Shown here: positions 51,697 through 61,030 of the stretch, in pieces
Position numbering within the stretch: the stretch's first letter is position 1
How the letters are laid out: every line of letters begins with the position of its first letter
DNA from: an uncultured Rothia sp.
GTDB taxonomy: Bacteria; Actinomycetota; Actinomycetes; Actinomycetales; Micrococcaceae
DNA: 64,000 nucleotides
Direction: 5' to 3'
NCBI RefSeq assembly: GCF_963507905.1
Contig: NZ_CAUOUU010000009.1
Coordinates: 25,889-89,888 of the forward strand
Translations under genes and position numbers: made by a program
Notes under the pieces: generated by a model
Told to the model about the DNA's origin: nothing
Databases searched by the model: none
What the model saw: the letters and a program-made list of their open reading frames with translations, nothing else

Positions 51697-53232
51697 ATGT
51701 CCTCGCTTCCGAACTCTAAGTCTTCGTTCCTCCGTGCGGCGCAGGGTTGCGGCGCACTGGTGCTGGCTGGTGCGATGGTTCTGCCGATGACTCCGGCACT
51801 CGCCCAGGATGCGGCACCTGCTGCTAATGCACCGGCGGCAAATGCTGTGACCCCCAAGCCTGCGGCTCAGGATGTTGCCGCGCAGCCGACGTACTCCACC
51901 GACTATGACACCATTTTTTACACCGGTGAGGGCGGCACCGTGACCCTGAAGGGTACCGGTTTCACCAAGGAATGGCGTGAGCAGCACGGCACCGTTGTCT
52001 TCTACATTGCCGCTACGAAGGATCGCCCCGGTAACGCAGAGCCTTCAACCTCGATGCTTCGCTTTGAAGAGGGTAAGGACTTCACCATTGCCGATGACGG
52101 CACTTTTGAGGCAAAGCTGACCATCAAGGCTAAGGCTCTGGAGAGTTTCTACACTCCCATCGATTATTTCCCGGGTATCACCCTGGATGAGGTGCGTTAC
52201 GAGACGGGTATTTTGACCGAGGCTAAGGGCCAGCCGCAGTCGAGCATTGAGGATATTTGGGCTCGCAAGAACGTTATCGCCCACCACCCGATGTACACCC
52301 GCGCCTACCATCCTGAAGTCATGGCACCTAAGTGGAAGTATGATGCTCTGAAGGACACCACGAAGGATCAGGAACTGCTGGTCCAGGGTGAGGGTTTCGT
52401 TGGTGAGGAGCTGCCCGGCCGTGAGGGTGCCATGTACGTGATTCGTGAGAAGGGCACCGGCACCCCCGTCCTGGCGATGAGCGATATGAAGTCCTACTAT
52501 GAAGGTCCCGATGGCGTAACCCGCCTGGAGGGAGGCACTCTTTACCGCACCATCAAGATCCCCGCAAACACCCTGGATTCGTCTAAGCAGTACGTCATTG
52601 AGGCGTGGAGCGACTACGACTACGACCTCACCAAGAAGGACAGGCCTCTCATCACCCCGATTGTGGGTTTGGCGCCGGAGCACCGCGGTGTTCTTATGGG
52701 CCGTCAGGATCTGAAGTTTGAGGGTGTTCCGGACTTCATGGATGCTACTGCGCCCGCGCGAGAATACAAGACCTTCACCTCGAAGCTCACCTACCAGGAG
52801 CAGCAGCAGCGCGCTACTCGCGGCGAGTTGACTGCGGCGCTGTACGCTCAGGCTGGTAGCCCCAAGGTGAACCTCCCTAAGACCTCCCCCTGGCCGGATG
52901 TGAAGACCACCGACCCGAACTACGCCGCCTACGTGTGGGCTCGTCAGAAGGGCATTACTTTCGGCTGGTCTGATGGTAAGTTCCACGCGGATGCCGGCAT
53001 TTCGAACGCTACCGTTGCGGCGTTCACCTACCGCGCAGCGGGTTCCCCGGCTGTTTCCGGTGTTTCTTCGTTCACGGATGTTAATCCGAGTTCCGCCTTC
53101 TACCGTGAGATTCTGTGGTCCACGCAGCAGTATGTCATCAATCCGGATTTCGGCGCTTTTAATGCGACGGACCTGGTGAATCGTGGTCAGCTGGAGCAGA
53201 TGCTGTTCAACTTCCAGAATCGAGCTAAGTAG
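51697..53232 (+). CDS. SLH-domain surface protein 10 (A''-B'' + SLH)
   Basis: Paralog of proteins 9, 11 and 12. Confidence 0.85.
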   Translation: MSSLPNSKSSFLRAAQGCGALVLAGAMVLPMTPALAQDAAPAANAPAANAVTPKPAAQDVAAQPTYSTDYDTIFYTGEGGTVTLKGTGFTKEWREQHGTVVFYIAATKDRPGNAEPSTSMLRFEEGKDFTIADDGTFEAKLTIKAKALESFYTPIDYFPGITLDEVRYETGILTEAKGQPQSSIEDIWARKNVIAHHPMYTRAYHPEVMAPKWKYDALKDTTKDQELLVQGEGFVGEELPGREGAMYVIREKGTGTPVLAMSDMKSYYEGPDGVTRLEGGTLYRTIKIPANTLDSSKQYVIEAWSDYDYDLTKKDRPLITPIVGLAPEHRGVLMGRQDLKFEGVPDFMDATAPAREYKTFTSKLTYQEQQQRATRGELTAALYAQAGSPKVNLPKTSPWPDVKTTDPNYAAYVWARQKGITFGWSDGKFHADAGISNATVAAFTYRAAGSPAVSGVSSFTDVNPSSAFYREILWSTQQYVINPDFGAFNATDLVNRGQLEQMLFNFQNRAK

Positions 53233-53598
53233 AACGGTGCCAAGTAGAACCACGCTGAGTAAGGCGGACTAGTTCTGAGCTGAATACCCCGTGTTCTCGA
53301 ACAGGTTTTCTGTTTGGGAGCGCGGGGTTTCAGCGTTTAACAGCTACTCACTGTGTGAGATTTTCGAAAACCTTAAAGCGTTCCTTGAGTGTTTCCTGAC
53401 AACTGTTCAACACTTTGCTAGGGTGGGAGTACTCCCGAAACCGACGGGGGTACTCAACCACTTTTCTCATAGGGTGTATGCAGATTCAACGGCGAATTCC
53501 CTACCCGCCGGTGAGCTCGCACCACCTCAGATTGCGCCTCCCCGGATTGCACAGCTCTGGACTGCACAGCCCCGGAGAAACGACTTTAAGGATGTCTC

Positions 53599-55194
53599 AT
53601 GTCCTCACTTCCGAACTCTAAGTCTTCATTCCTGCACGCGGCTCGCAACTGCAGTGCACTGGCGCTGGCGGGCGCAATGGTTCTGCCGATGACCCCGGTT
53701 CTCGCGCAGGATGCAGCACCCGCCGCAAACGCACCTGTGGCTAACGCGCCGACTGCCAATACCCCTGCAACCCAGAATGTTGCGGCTGAGCCGTCTTTCA
53801 CCGTTGATTATGGGGAGTACGACTTCCTGGACGGACGTGACCTCTTCAGGAAAAAGAGCGACGCCCTGTACACCGGTGAGTACAACGAAATGACGGTGAA
53901 GGGCACCGGTTTCACCAAGGAGTGGCGCGAGCAGCACGGCACCGTGGTCATCTATATTGCTGCTACTCAGGACCGTCCTGGTAATGTGGAGCCTTCCACG
54001 TCGATGCTTCGTTTTGAAGAGGGTAAGGACTTCACCATCGAAGATGACGGCACCTTTGACGCTTACCTGAAGATCAAGCCCGACACTTTGGAGAGTTACT
54101 ACCCCCTCACGGAGTACGCCCCGGATATGACCCTGGAGAAGGTGCGTTACGAGGTCGGTATCCTTGCCGAACCTAAGGGTCAGCAGCAGTCGACCGTTCA
54201 GGATATTTGGGCTCGCAAGAATGTTGTGGCTCATCAGGCTCTGAACGCCAATGATTATCACCCTGGTACGTTCTCACCCATGTTTAAGTACGATGCTCTG
54301 AAGGACACCACGAAGGATCAGGAGCTGCTGATTCAGGGCGTGGGCTTCAACGGGGATCTCTATGGATCGAAGGGCATGATGTACCTCATTCGTGAGAAGA
54401 GTACCGGCTCCCCTGTCTTGGCCATGAGTGACATAAAGTACTACCAATACGACAAGGAAACCTACTCGAACATTCTGGAGGGAGGCTTCGCTTTCGTCAC
54501 CATCAAGATTCCGGCGAACACTCTGGACCCTTCCAAGCAGTACGTTATTGAGGCGCGGAGTGATTACGGCTATGCCAGCGAGACGGATAAGACTCTGATC
54601 ACCCCGCTGGTGGGTTATGCACCGGAGCACCGCGGTGGCTATTTGGCCAGTTTGGACTTGAAGTTCGAGGGTGTTCACCAGTTCACGCTTGCTAACCCTC
54701 GCGATGTACGCCGTGAGACCTTTTCGACAAATCTTTACGGCGATGAAGATAAACAGCCCGCTACCCGCGGCGAGCTGGTTTCCTACCTTTATAGGTTGAA
54801 GGAAAGCCCCAAGGTGGACCTCCCGGCGGTCTCCCCGTGGCCGGATGTGAAGACGGACGACCCGAACTACGCCGCATACATTTGGGCTCGTGAAAAGGGT
54901 GTTACCTTCGGCTGGTCGGACGGCAAGTTCCACGCGGATGCCGGCATTTCGAACGCTACCGTAGCTGCGCTGACCTACCGTGCGGCTGGTTCGCCGGAGG
55001 TGCAGGGTGTTTCGTCCTTCCCGAATATTACGCCGAGTTCCGCGTTCTACCGCGAGATTCTGTGGGTGACTCAGCAGAGTATTATCAATCCTGGGGGCGG
55101 CGTGTTTGATTCAGCATCCCCCGTGACTCGTGGCGAGCTGGAATGGATGATGTACTATTTTTCGACTCGTTTTCTTCACCCTGAGCAAAATTAA
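53599..55194 (+). CDS. SLH-domain surface protein 11 (A''-B'' + SLH)
   Basis: Closest to protein 10. Confidence 0.85.
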   Translation: MSSLPNSKSSFLHAARNCSALALAGAMVLPMTPVLAQDAAPAANAPVANAPTANTPATQNVAAEPSFTVDYGEYDFLDGRDLFRKKSDALYTGEYNEMTVKGTGFTKEWREQHGTVVIYIAATQDRPGNVEPSTSMLRFEEGKDFTIEDDGTFDAYLKIKPDTLESYYPLTEYAPDMTLEKVRYEVGILAEPKGQQQSTVQDIWARKNVVAHQALNANDYHPGTFSPMFKYDALKDTTKDQELLIQGVGFNGDLYGSKGMMYLIREKSTGSPVLAMSDIKYYQYDKETYSNILEGGFAFVTIKIPANTLDPSKQYVIEARSDYGYASETDKTLITPLVGYAPEHRGGYLASLDLKFEGVHQFTLANPRDVRRETFSTNLYGDEDKQPATRGELVSYLYRLKESPKVDLPAVSPWPDVKTDDPNYAAYIWAREKGVTFGWSDGKFHADAGISNATVAALTYRAAGSPEVQGVSSFPNITPSSAFYREILWVTQQSIINPGGGVFDSASPVTRGELEWMMYYFSTRFLHPEQN

Positions 55195-55493
55195 TTAAGT
55201 AAGCCGGACTGGCTCTAGCCTTAGTACCCCGTGAACCCTGAGAGTCTTCTTCTCAGGATGCACGGGGTTCGGTTTTTATCGGCTGATCAACCTGTGAAAT
55301 ACCTCAGAACCTTCAAGCTTCTCTTGAGTGTTTCCTGACATCGTTTAGAGGGTTTGATAGGGTGAAAATGTCCCCGAAACCGACGGGGCTTCCAACCACT
55401 TTTCTCATAGGGTGTATGCAGATTCAACGGCGAATTCCCTACCCGCCGGTGAGCCGGCACAGCTCCACGAGAAACAACTTTTAAGGATGTATT

Positions 55494-57065
55494 ATGTCCT
55501 CGCTTCCGAACTCTAAGTCCTCTTTCCTCCGCGCAGCTCAGGGTTGCGGCGCGCTGGCGTTGGCTGGTGCCATGGTTCTGCCGATGGCCCCGGCGCTGGC
55601 TCAGAATGCGGCTCCTGCCGCTGATGCAGCCGTTGCTGCCGCTACCCCGCAGGCTGCTCACCAGGACGCTGCGGATACCCCGACCCTGAACGTTTCCATC
55701 CCTGACGGTTACAAGTACGACGGCGTGAACCCCTTCCTCATCACGACCGAGGGCGGTACCGTCCATGTGAAGGGCGCAGGCTACACCAAGGAGTGGCGCG
55801 CTCAGCACGGTACCGTGGCGCTGTACATTGCTCCCGCGAACTACGCACCGTCTGGCTACGAGATTCCGACTTCGAAGATGCTGCGCTTTGTGGAGGGTCA
55901 GGACTTCACCGTTGCCGATGACGGCACTTTTGAGGCTGACCTGAAGGTTGAGGCGTACGATCTTGCCGCCTACTACTTCGTTGATGATGACAACTTCCAC
56001 GATCCGACCGGCGGCACCAAGTACGATGTCCGCTACGAGATTCACGTGGTTTCTGAGCAGAAGGGCCAGAAGCCTCTGACCGCTCAGGAGCTGTGGACCA
56101 GCAAGAACGTGGTAAGCACTCAGGTGCTGAACACTCTGGGTGAGAAGCCTGCGCCGTTCGCACCGCGCCTGAGTTACAACGCTGTGGCTGATACCGCAAA
56201 GTCGCAGGATTTGAACGTTGGTGGCCAGGGGTTCAACGGCGATATTCACTCCGTTAAGGGTGTCCAGTTCGTGGTTCGCGAGAAGGGCTCGAACACCCCG
56301 GTTCTGGCAACCAGCGACATTATCGAGTTTGACCACCCCACCCAGGCTTCGGCGTACCGTGACGGCAACCTGAACGGTACCGTGAATCTTCCGGCAAACA
56401 CTCTGAATGCTTCGAAGAAGTACGTGATTGAGGTTTGGGCTAACGACGGTTACAGCGAGACGGGCGAGCTGCTCGCGCCGGTCGTGGGCAAGTCCACTGA
56501 GGGCCGCGGTACCCTGCTCGCATGGCAGGACCTGGATCTGAACGGCACGAACGGTTACAAGGATGCAAACCTGCCCAACGCTCAGGATCCCAAGAAGGAC
56601 GACAACCAGAAGCCTGATCCTTCCGATGAGAAGCTGAAGACCCCCGCAACTCGCGGTGAGCTCGCAGCTGCCCTGTACATCCAGGCGGGTACTCCCGAGG
56701 TGAAGCTGCCCGAGACTTCCCCGTGGCCGGATGTGAAGACCGACGACCCGAACTTCCCCGCCTACGTGTGGGCTCGTCAGAAGGGCATTACTTTTGGCTG
56801 GTCGGACGGTAAGTTCCATGCTGATGCCGGCATTTCGAATGCTACTGTTGCGGCGTTCGCCTACCGTGCGGCTGGTTCGCCCGCAGTGACGGGCAACTCC
56901 CCCTACAGCGATGTGGCTCCCGGTTCGGCGTTCTACCGCGAGATTCTGTGGGCTCAGCAGAACAAGGTGGTGCTGAACGCTAGCGGCGCTTTTGATGCTC
57001 AGCACATGGTGACTCATGGTGAGTTGGAGACTCTGATTGAGGCGTTCCAGGCTCGCGCTAAGTAA
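55494..57065 (+). CDS. SLH-domain surface protein 12 (A''-B'' + SLH)
   Basis: Signal like protein 10; B'' module like protein 9. Confidence 0.85.
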   Translation: MSSLPNSKSSFLRAAQGCGALALAGAMVLPMAPALAQNAAPAADAAVAAATPQAAHQDAADTPTLNVSIPDGYKYDGVNPFLITTEGGTVHVKGAGYTKEWRAQHGTVALYIAPANYAPSGYEIPTSKMLRFVEGQDFTVADDGTFEADLKVEAYDLAAYYFVDDDNFHDPTGGTKYDVRYEIHVVSEQKGQKPLTAQELWTSKNVVSTQVLNTLGEKPAPFAPRLSYNAVADTAKSQDLNVGGQGFNGDIHSVKGVQFVVREKGSNTPVLATSDIIEFDHPTQASAYRDGNLNGTVNLPANTLNASKKYVIEVWANDGYSETGELLAPVVGKSTEGRGTLLAWQDLDLNGTNGYKDANLPNAQDPKKDDNQKPDPSDEKLKTPATRGELAAALYIQAGTPEVKLPETSPWPDVKTDDPNFPAYVWARQKGITFGWSDGKFHADAGISNATVAAFAYRAAGSPAVTGNSPYSDVAPGSAFYREILWAQQNKVVLNASGAFDAQHMVTHGELETLIEAFQARAK

Positions 57066-57130
57066 GGTCATTTAGACCGCCTGCGCTTGGCACCCCAAGC
57101 CCTGCAGAGTATTGCTCCCGCAGAAGTAAT

Positions 57131-57197
57131 GCCCGGTCTGCACGTTCCCGTCAGGATCCTTGATGAGAGGTTCCTGTCGGGTTCGTATAGACCGGGC
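57131..57197. terminator. Long hairpin between the convergent SLH array and nif3
   Basis: GCCCGGTCT...AGACCGGGC outer stem with an inner CAGGA/TCCTG stem. Confidence 0.6.
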
Positions 57198-57261
57198 TTT
57201 ACTGTGCCTAAATTTTTGAAGACTGCTTCTTGGTAGCTATTCAGCGGCTATTTTTCAGCGC

Positions 57262-58206
57262 TTACTTTTCAGCCAGGCTAGTCCATGCGGCGGCGGGTTC
57301 GGTGCTTGCCGAGTGCGCATCCTGACCGGTTGCCACGCCGGTGGAGACGGTGAAGTCCCACGGGTCGGTGTTGAGCGCGGACAGCTTCGTTTCGATGCCG
57401 TAGCCGCGCTCGGCGAGCAGGGCACGCAGACGGTCAGCCGCCGAACGCAACCACAGCGATTCACTGGCCGGATGGGAGCAATCAATCAGCGCGATGTTGC
57501 TGCCGTCAACTCGTGCCGTTTCGCGGAATTCGCTGGCGGGGTGGTGACGCAGGTCTGCGGTAATGTAGACCTGCGCGTCAGTGGCGCGCACCGCGTCGAA
57601 GAGGGAATCACCGGCACCACCGCAGAGGGCGACGCGGCGGATCAGCTGGTCGGCGCGTCCCGCAATGCGCAGGCCACCGGCGGTTGCGGGCAGTGCCGCT
57701 GCGAGGCGTTCCGCGAGTTCCTTGAGGGTGATTTCTTCAGGTAGGGTGCCGATGCGGCCGGTGCCTACCGCGTGTTCCTGCCCGTCGAGTACCTGGGTTT
57801 GCGCTTCGGTGAGCGGTTCGCGATCGATCAGGCCGATAGCGTCACAGAGTGCTTCGTTTACGCCTTCGACGGCGGCATCTGCGTTGGTGTGCGCGCCGAG
57901 CAGACCGCATCCGCCTTCGATGAGGGTGTGTAGCACGTTGCCCTTGTAGTCACTGTCGGGGATGAACTTTGCGCCGCGGAGCAGCAACGGGTGGTGGGTG
58001 ATGAGTAGCTGTGCGCCTTCGACTACGGCTTCTTCAGCGGTGGCGGTGAGGGCATCCACTGCGAAAAGGACGGTGCTCACTTTAGCGGCGGCGCGACCGG
58101 CAACGAGACCGGAGGCATCCCAACCGGCGGCGAGCTGCGGCGGGAAGAGCGTGTGGAAGGCGTCAACGACTTCTGCGAGGGTGGGGGTTTCTAGTTTTTC
58201 AGTCAT
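57262..58206 (-). CDS. Nif3-like dinuclear metal center protein (YbgI/DUF34)
   Basis: WDASGL, ITHHPLL, HTNAD, ALCGGAGDS, YITADLRHH, HPASE. Confidence 0.92.
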   Translation of the reverse strand: MTEKLETPTLAEVVDAFHTLFPPQLAAGWDASGLVAGRAAAKVSTVLFAVDALTATAEEAVVEGAQLLITHHPLLLRGAKFIPDSDYKGNVLHTLIEGGCGLLGAHTNADAAVEGVNEALCDAIGLIDREPLTEAQTQVLDGQEHAVGTGRIGTLPEEITLKELAERLAAALPATAGGLRIAGRADQLIRRVALCGGAGDSLFDAVRATDAQVYITADLRHHPASEFRETARVDGSNIALIDCSHPASESLWLRSAADRLRALLAERGYGIETKLSALNTDPWDFTVSTGVATGQDAHSASTEPAAAWTSLAEK

Positions 58207-58304
58207 ACCTCTATTGTGGCAGGTGGCGCGGCGGTAACTCGGGAATATTATGCGGCTCAGCGGTGTTCTTCAGGTAGTGTGGATTTATAGTTCGAGGAGG
58301 AATC

Positions 58305-58826
58305 ATGACTGATGTTGTTCTTGCCGGCGGCTGTTTCTGGTGCCTGGATGCGGTGTACCGCCAGTTCCGCGGGGTTGAGGCGAGCGTCTGCGGCTACACG
58401 GGTGGCGAGACTCCCGACCCTGATTATCGTTCGGTGTGCTCGGGTGCGACCGGCCATCAGGAGGCGCTGAAGCTCAGCTTTGACCCGCAGGTGATTGACC
58501 TGGATACGGTGTTGGATATTTTCTTCACGAGCCACGACCCGACCAGTTGGGATCGTCAGGGCGCGGATACCGGTTCGCAGTACCGTTCGGTGCTTTTCTA
58601 CGCTGATGAGCAGCAGCGTGAGGCGTTTGAGCGTGCGGTGGCGCGTGCTCAGCAGCTGTATTCCTCCCCGATTGTTACGGAGCTTAAGCCGCTGGGTGTG
58701 TTCTATGAGGCTGAGGAGTATCACCAGAATTATTACGCGTTGAATCCGGCGCAGGGTTATTGTGCGTTTGTGGTGAGCCCGAAGGTAGCTCATGCGCGCC
58801 GTAATTTTGCGCATTTGCTCCGCTAG
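58305..58826 (+). CDS. msrA: Peptide-methionine (S)-S-oxide reductase
   Basis: AGGCFWC, GYTGG, HDPT, D.GSQYRS, AEEYHQNY, GYC. Confidence 0.96.
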   Translation: MTDVVLAGGCFWCLDAVYRQFRGVEASVCGYTGGETPDPDYRSVCSGATGHQEALKLSFDPQVIDLDTVLDIFFTSHDPTSWDRQGADTGSQYRSVLFYADEQQREAFERAVARAQQLYSSPIVTELKPLGVFYEAEEYHQNYYALNPAQGYCAFVVSPKVAHARRNFAHLLR

Positions 58827-59061
58827 GTTGCACGTCTCTCCTGTTGTTTTGCCCCGCGGCTGTTGTTCTTTCTTCGAAAATATTCGGAATAACGGCCGCG
58901 GGGTTTCTTCGTCTATGCCCGTCTGTGCTCCCCTGTGCTCGGCTGTGTTCGGCTACTTGATGTTCGCCTGTGTTTTCCGGTGGCTCTAAGGTGCGCCCGG
59001 TATGATGGGGGTGTCGACTCACTCCCCCCCCTCATCTGTTGACCTCTTCGAAAGACTGCTG

Positions 59062-59838
59062 ATGACTAGCTCTTCTTCTAAGTCCATCGCTTTGAGCCGC
59101 CGCGCCGTATTGGGTGTGGGCGGTATTGGTCTTGCCGCTGTGGTGTCTGCGTGTGCGCGTACGGTGCATCCGCCAGCTGATGTTGCTGAGTCTGGCTCGG
59201 CGAGCGCGAGTGCTTCAGCGAGCCCGTCTGCTTCGTCGGCGCTACCGCCTGCGAATAAGTCGTATCAGGGTAAGGTCACCTTCGATAACTTTGAGAAGAA
59301 CGGCGAGTATGTTCCTGCCACGGCTGAGCAGAAGGCGCAGAACGTACCCAAACCGATCATGCCAGAGAAGGTGCAGGAGCTGAGTATTGACGGTATTTAT
59401 GCGCTGATTGGTTATTGGATTTCTAGTTTTAATTATTTGGCGTTGACGGGTGATATTGAGCCGTTGAAGAAGACGGACCCGAGCAGCGATTATTATAAGG
59501 AGCTTGAGCCGATGGTTAAGCTCTATGAGACGGGGCGCGGCTGGATTTATGACACGAGTGAGCCGATGTCTGTGTACCTGTTGACGGATACTCCCACGCA
59601 GATTGAGGGCGACCGTATTCGTTATTTCTGGCGTGCTCGTTCCCTAGTTGATCAGAATGCGAAGAGGCATCTGACGGAGGGCGATAACCGCGATAAGTCC
59701 CTTGTGGGGGCTGAGGATTCTCAGGGCCAGGCGATGCGGATTGTTGTGGAGTATAAGGAGGGTGCTTGGTTTATGAGCACTCAGAAGGATAAGGATGCTG
59801 ATAAGAGCTCGGATTCTGCGAGCCCTTCGGCTTCCTAG
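59062..59838 (+). CDS. Tat-lipoprotein 1, DUF6318-like
   Basis: SRRAVL signal, VSAC lipobox, Ser/Ala linker, EYVPAT...NVPKP, YW...NY..LTGD, VEYKEG.W. Confidence 0.78.
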   Translation: MTSSSSKSIALSRRAVLGVGGIGLAAVVSACARTVHPPADVAESGSASASASASPSASSALPPANKSYQGKVTFDNFEKNGEYVPATAEQKAQNVPKPIMPEKVQELSIDGIYALIGYWISSFNYLALTGDIEPLKKTDPSSDYYKELEPMVKLYETGRGWIYDTSEPMSVYLLTDTPTQIEGDRIRYFWRARSLVDQNAKRHLTEGDNRDKSLVGAEDSQGQAMRIVVEYKEGAWFMSTQKDKDADKSSDSASPSAS

Positions 59839-59978
59839 TGCACTAATTGCAGCTTTTTGATCTTTTCTCTGCAAAAGGATACAAGTAGCGATATTTGATA
59901 TCTATTTGCGCGTTTAGGGTATGATAAGGGTGTCAACTCACTCTCTTTCCTTTGTTGACTTCTTTTGAAAGGCTGATA

Positions 59979-60761
59979 ATGACGAGCCCTTCCCTCATAT
60001 CTACCCGCGTGAGCCGCCGCGTGGCGCTGGGTGCGACCGGTGCCGGTGCACTTGCTGTGTTGACTGCGTGTGCTGGTAGTATCCGCCCGCTGGCTGATGG
60101 CTCAGCGTCAAGCTCCGCTTCCGCAAGTGCATCCGCTAGTGCTTCAGCTAGTGCCTCGGCAAGCGCTTCGGCTTCTGCTTCTTCCAGCAAGTCCTATAAG
60201 GGCTTCGTAAAGTTTGATAACTTCGAGAAGAAGGGCGAGTACGTTCCGGCGACCGCTACTCAGAAGGCACAGAACGTACCCAAGCCTCTCGTTCCGGCGA
60301 ACATGAACGAGCAGAACGTTGACGGCATGTACGCGTTCATTGGCTACTGGCTGGCAAGCTTCAACTATGCAGTGCTGACCGGTGACACTGAGCCGATGAA
60401 GAAGGCGGACCCTGCGGATATTTACGTTGACATGCTGCAGGATTACGCGGTGATGTATGGAGACGATCTTGGCTGGCTGTACGGTTCGGATACCCCGATT
60501 ACTATTGAGCTGATTAGTAGTGCACCGCAGAAGCCTTCCAGTAGCGGTACCCTGTACTACTGGCCGGCTTACATGAACTACAGCCCTGATGCGAAGATTC
60601 ACCTTGAGGGTAAGTCGGATCAGCCTTTCAAGACGGCGGAGAGCCCGAACGGCAAGCTGATGAAGGCCATTGTGGAGTACAAGGACGGTAAGTGGTTTAT
60701 GCTGACCGGCAAGGAGAGCTCTTCTGCATCTGCTTCTTCTGGTAGCTCTTCGTCTGTCTAG
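59979..60761 (+). CDS. Tat-lipoprotein 2, DUF6318-like
   Basis: SRRVAL, LTAC, long (SA)n linker, same conserved motifs. Confidence 0.78.
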   Translation: MTSPSLISTRVSRRVALGATGAGALAVLTACAGSIRPLADGSASSSASASASASASASASASASASASSSKSYKGFVKFDNFEKKGEYVPATATQKAQNVPKPLVPANMNEQNVDGMYAFIGYWLASFNYAVLTGDTEPMKKADPADIYVDMLQDYAVMYGDDLGWLYGSDTPITIELISSAPQKPSSSGTLYYWPAYMNYSPDAKIHLEGKSDQPFKTAESPNGKLMKAIVEYKDGKWFMLTGKESSSASASSGSSSSV

Positions 60762-61030
60762 GCCGTTGTCTTTGACAGCGTGAATAGGCTTCTCCCCCGC
60801 CTGCGGTAATGCACCGTGGGCGGGGTTTCTTTTTGCCGAAACGCTGCCAAAGCTCTGCGGAAATCCAGGGAACACCCAGGAGAAAACCCGGCGGATGGTC
60901 GGGGTTGCCGGAGGGTGCCTCGGGTACGCTTAACGTATATACATTGACGTACTACATGTGGTCTTTACCTGCAGGTTGTGAGCCTCGTGCTGACGGCTTT
61001 GTGGGTGATGGATCCGACGAAGGACTTCCG

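Larger units (their letters stand above)
49191..55493 (+). repeat. Four copies of a ~200-bp promoter/leader repeat (about 49191-49403, 51479-51696, 53351-53598, 55280-55493)
   Basis: Shared TCAAG-N6-CTTGA, CTGACw-N17/18-TAGGGT, CCCGAAAyyGACGGGG hairpin and GCAGATTCrACG. Confidence 0.85.

Noticed and set aside
30337..57065. Diversity-generating retroelement as the source of loop variation
   Set aside because: No reverse transcriptase or non-coding template repeat in the window; differences include indels and are not visibly adenine-specific.
31003..57071. Long minus-strand ORFs across the SLH array (e.g. 31003-32628, 55287-57071)
   Set aside because: Antisense mirrors of the real genes caused by codon bias.
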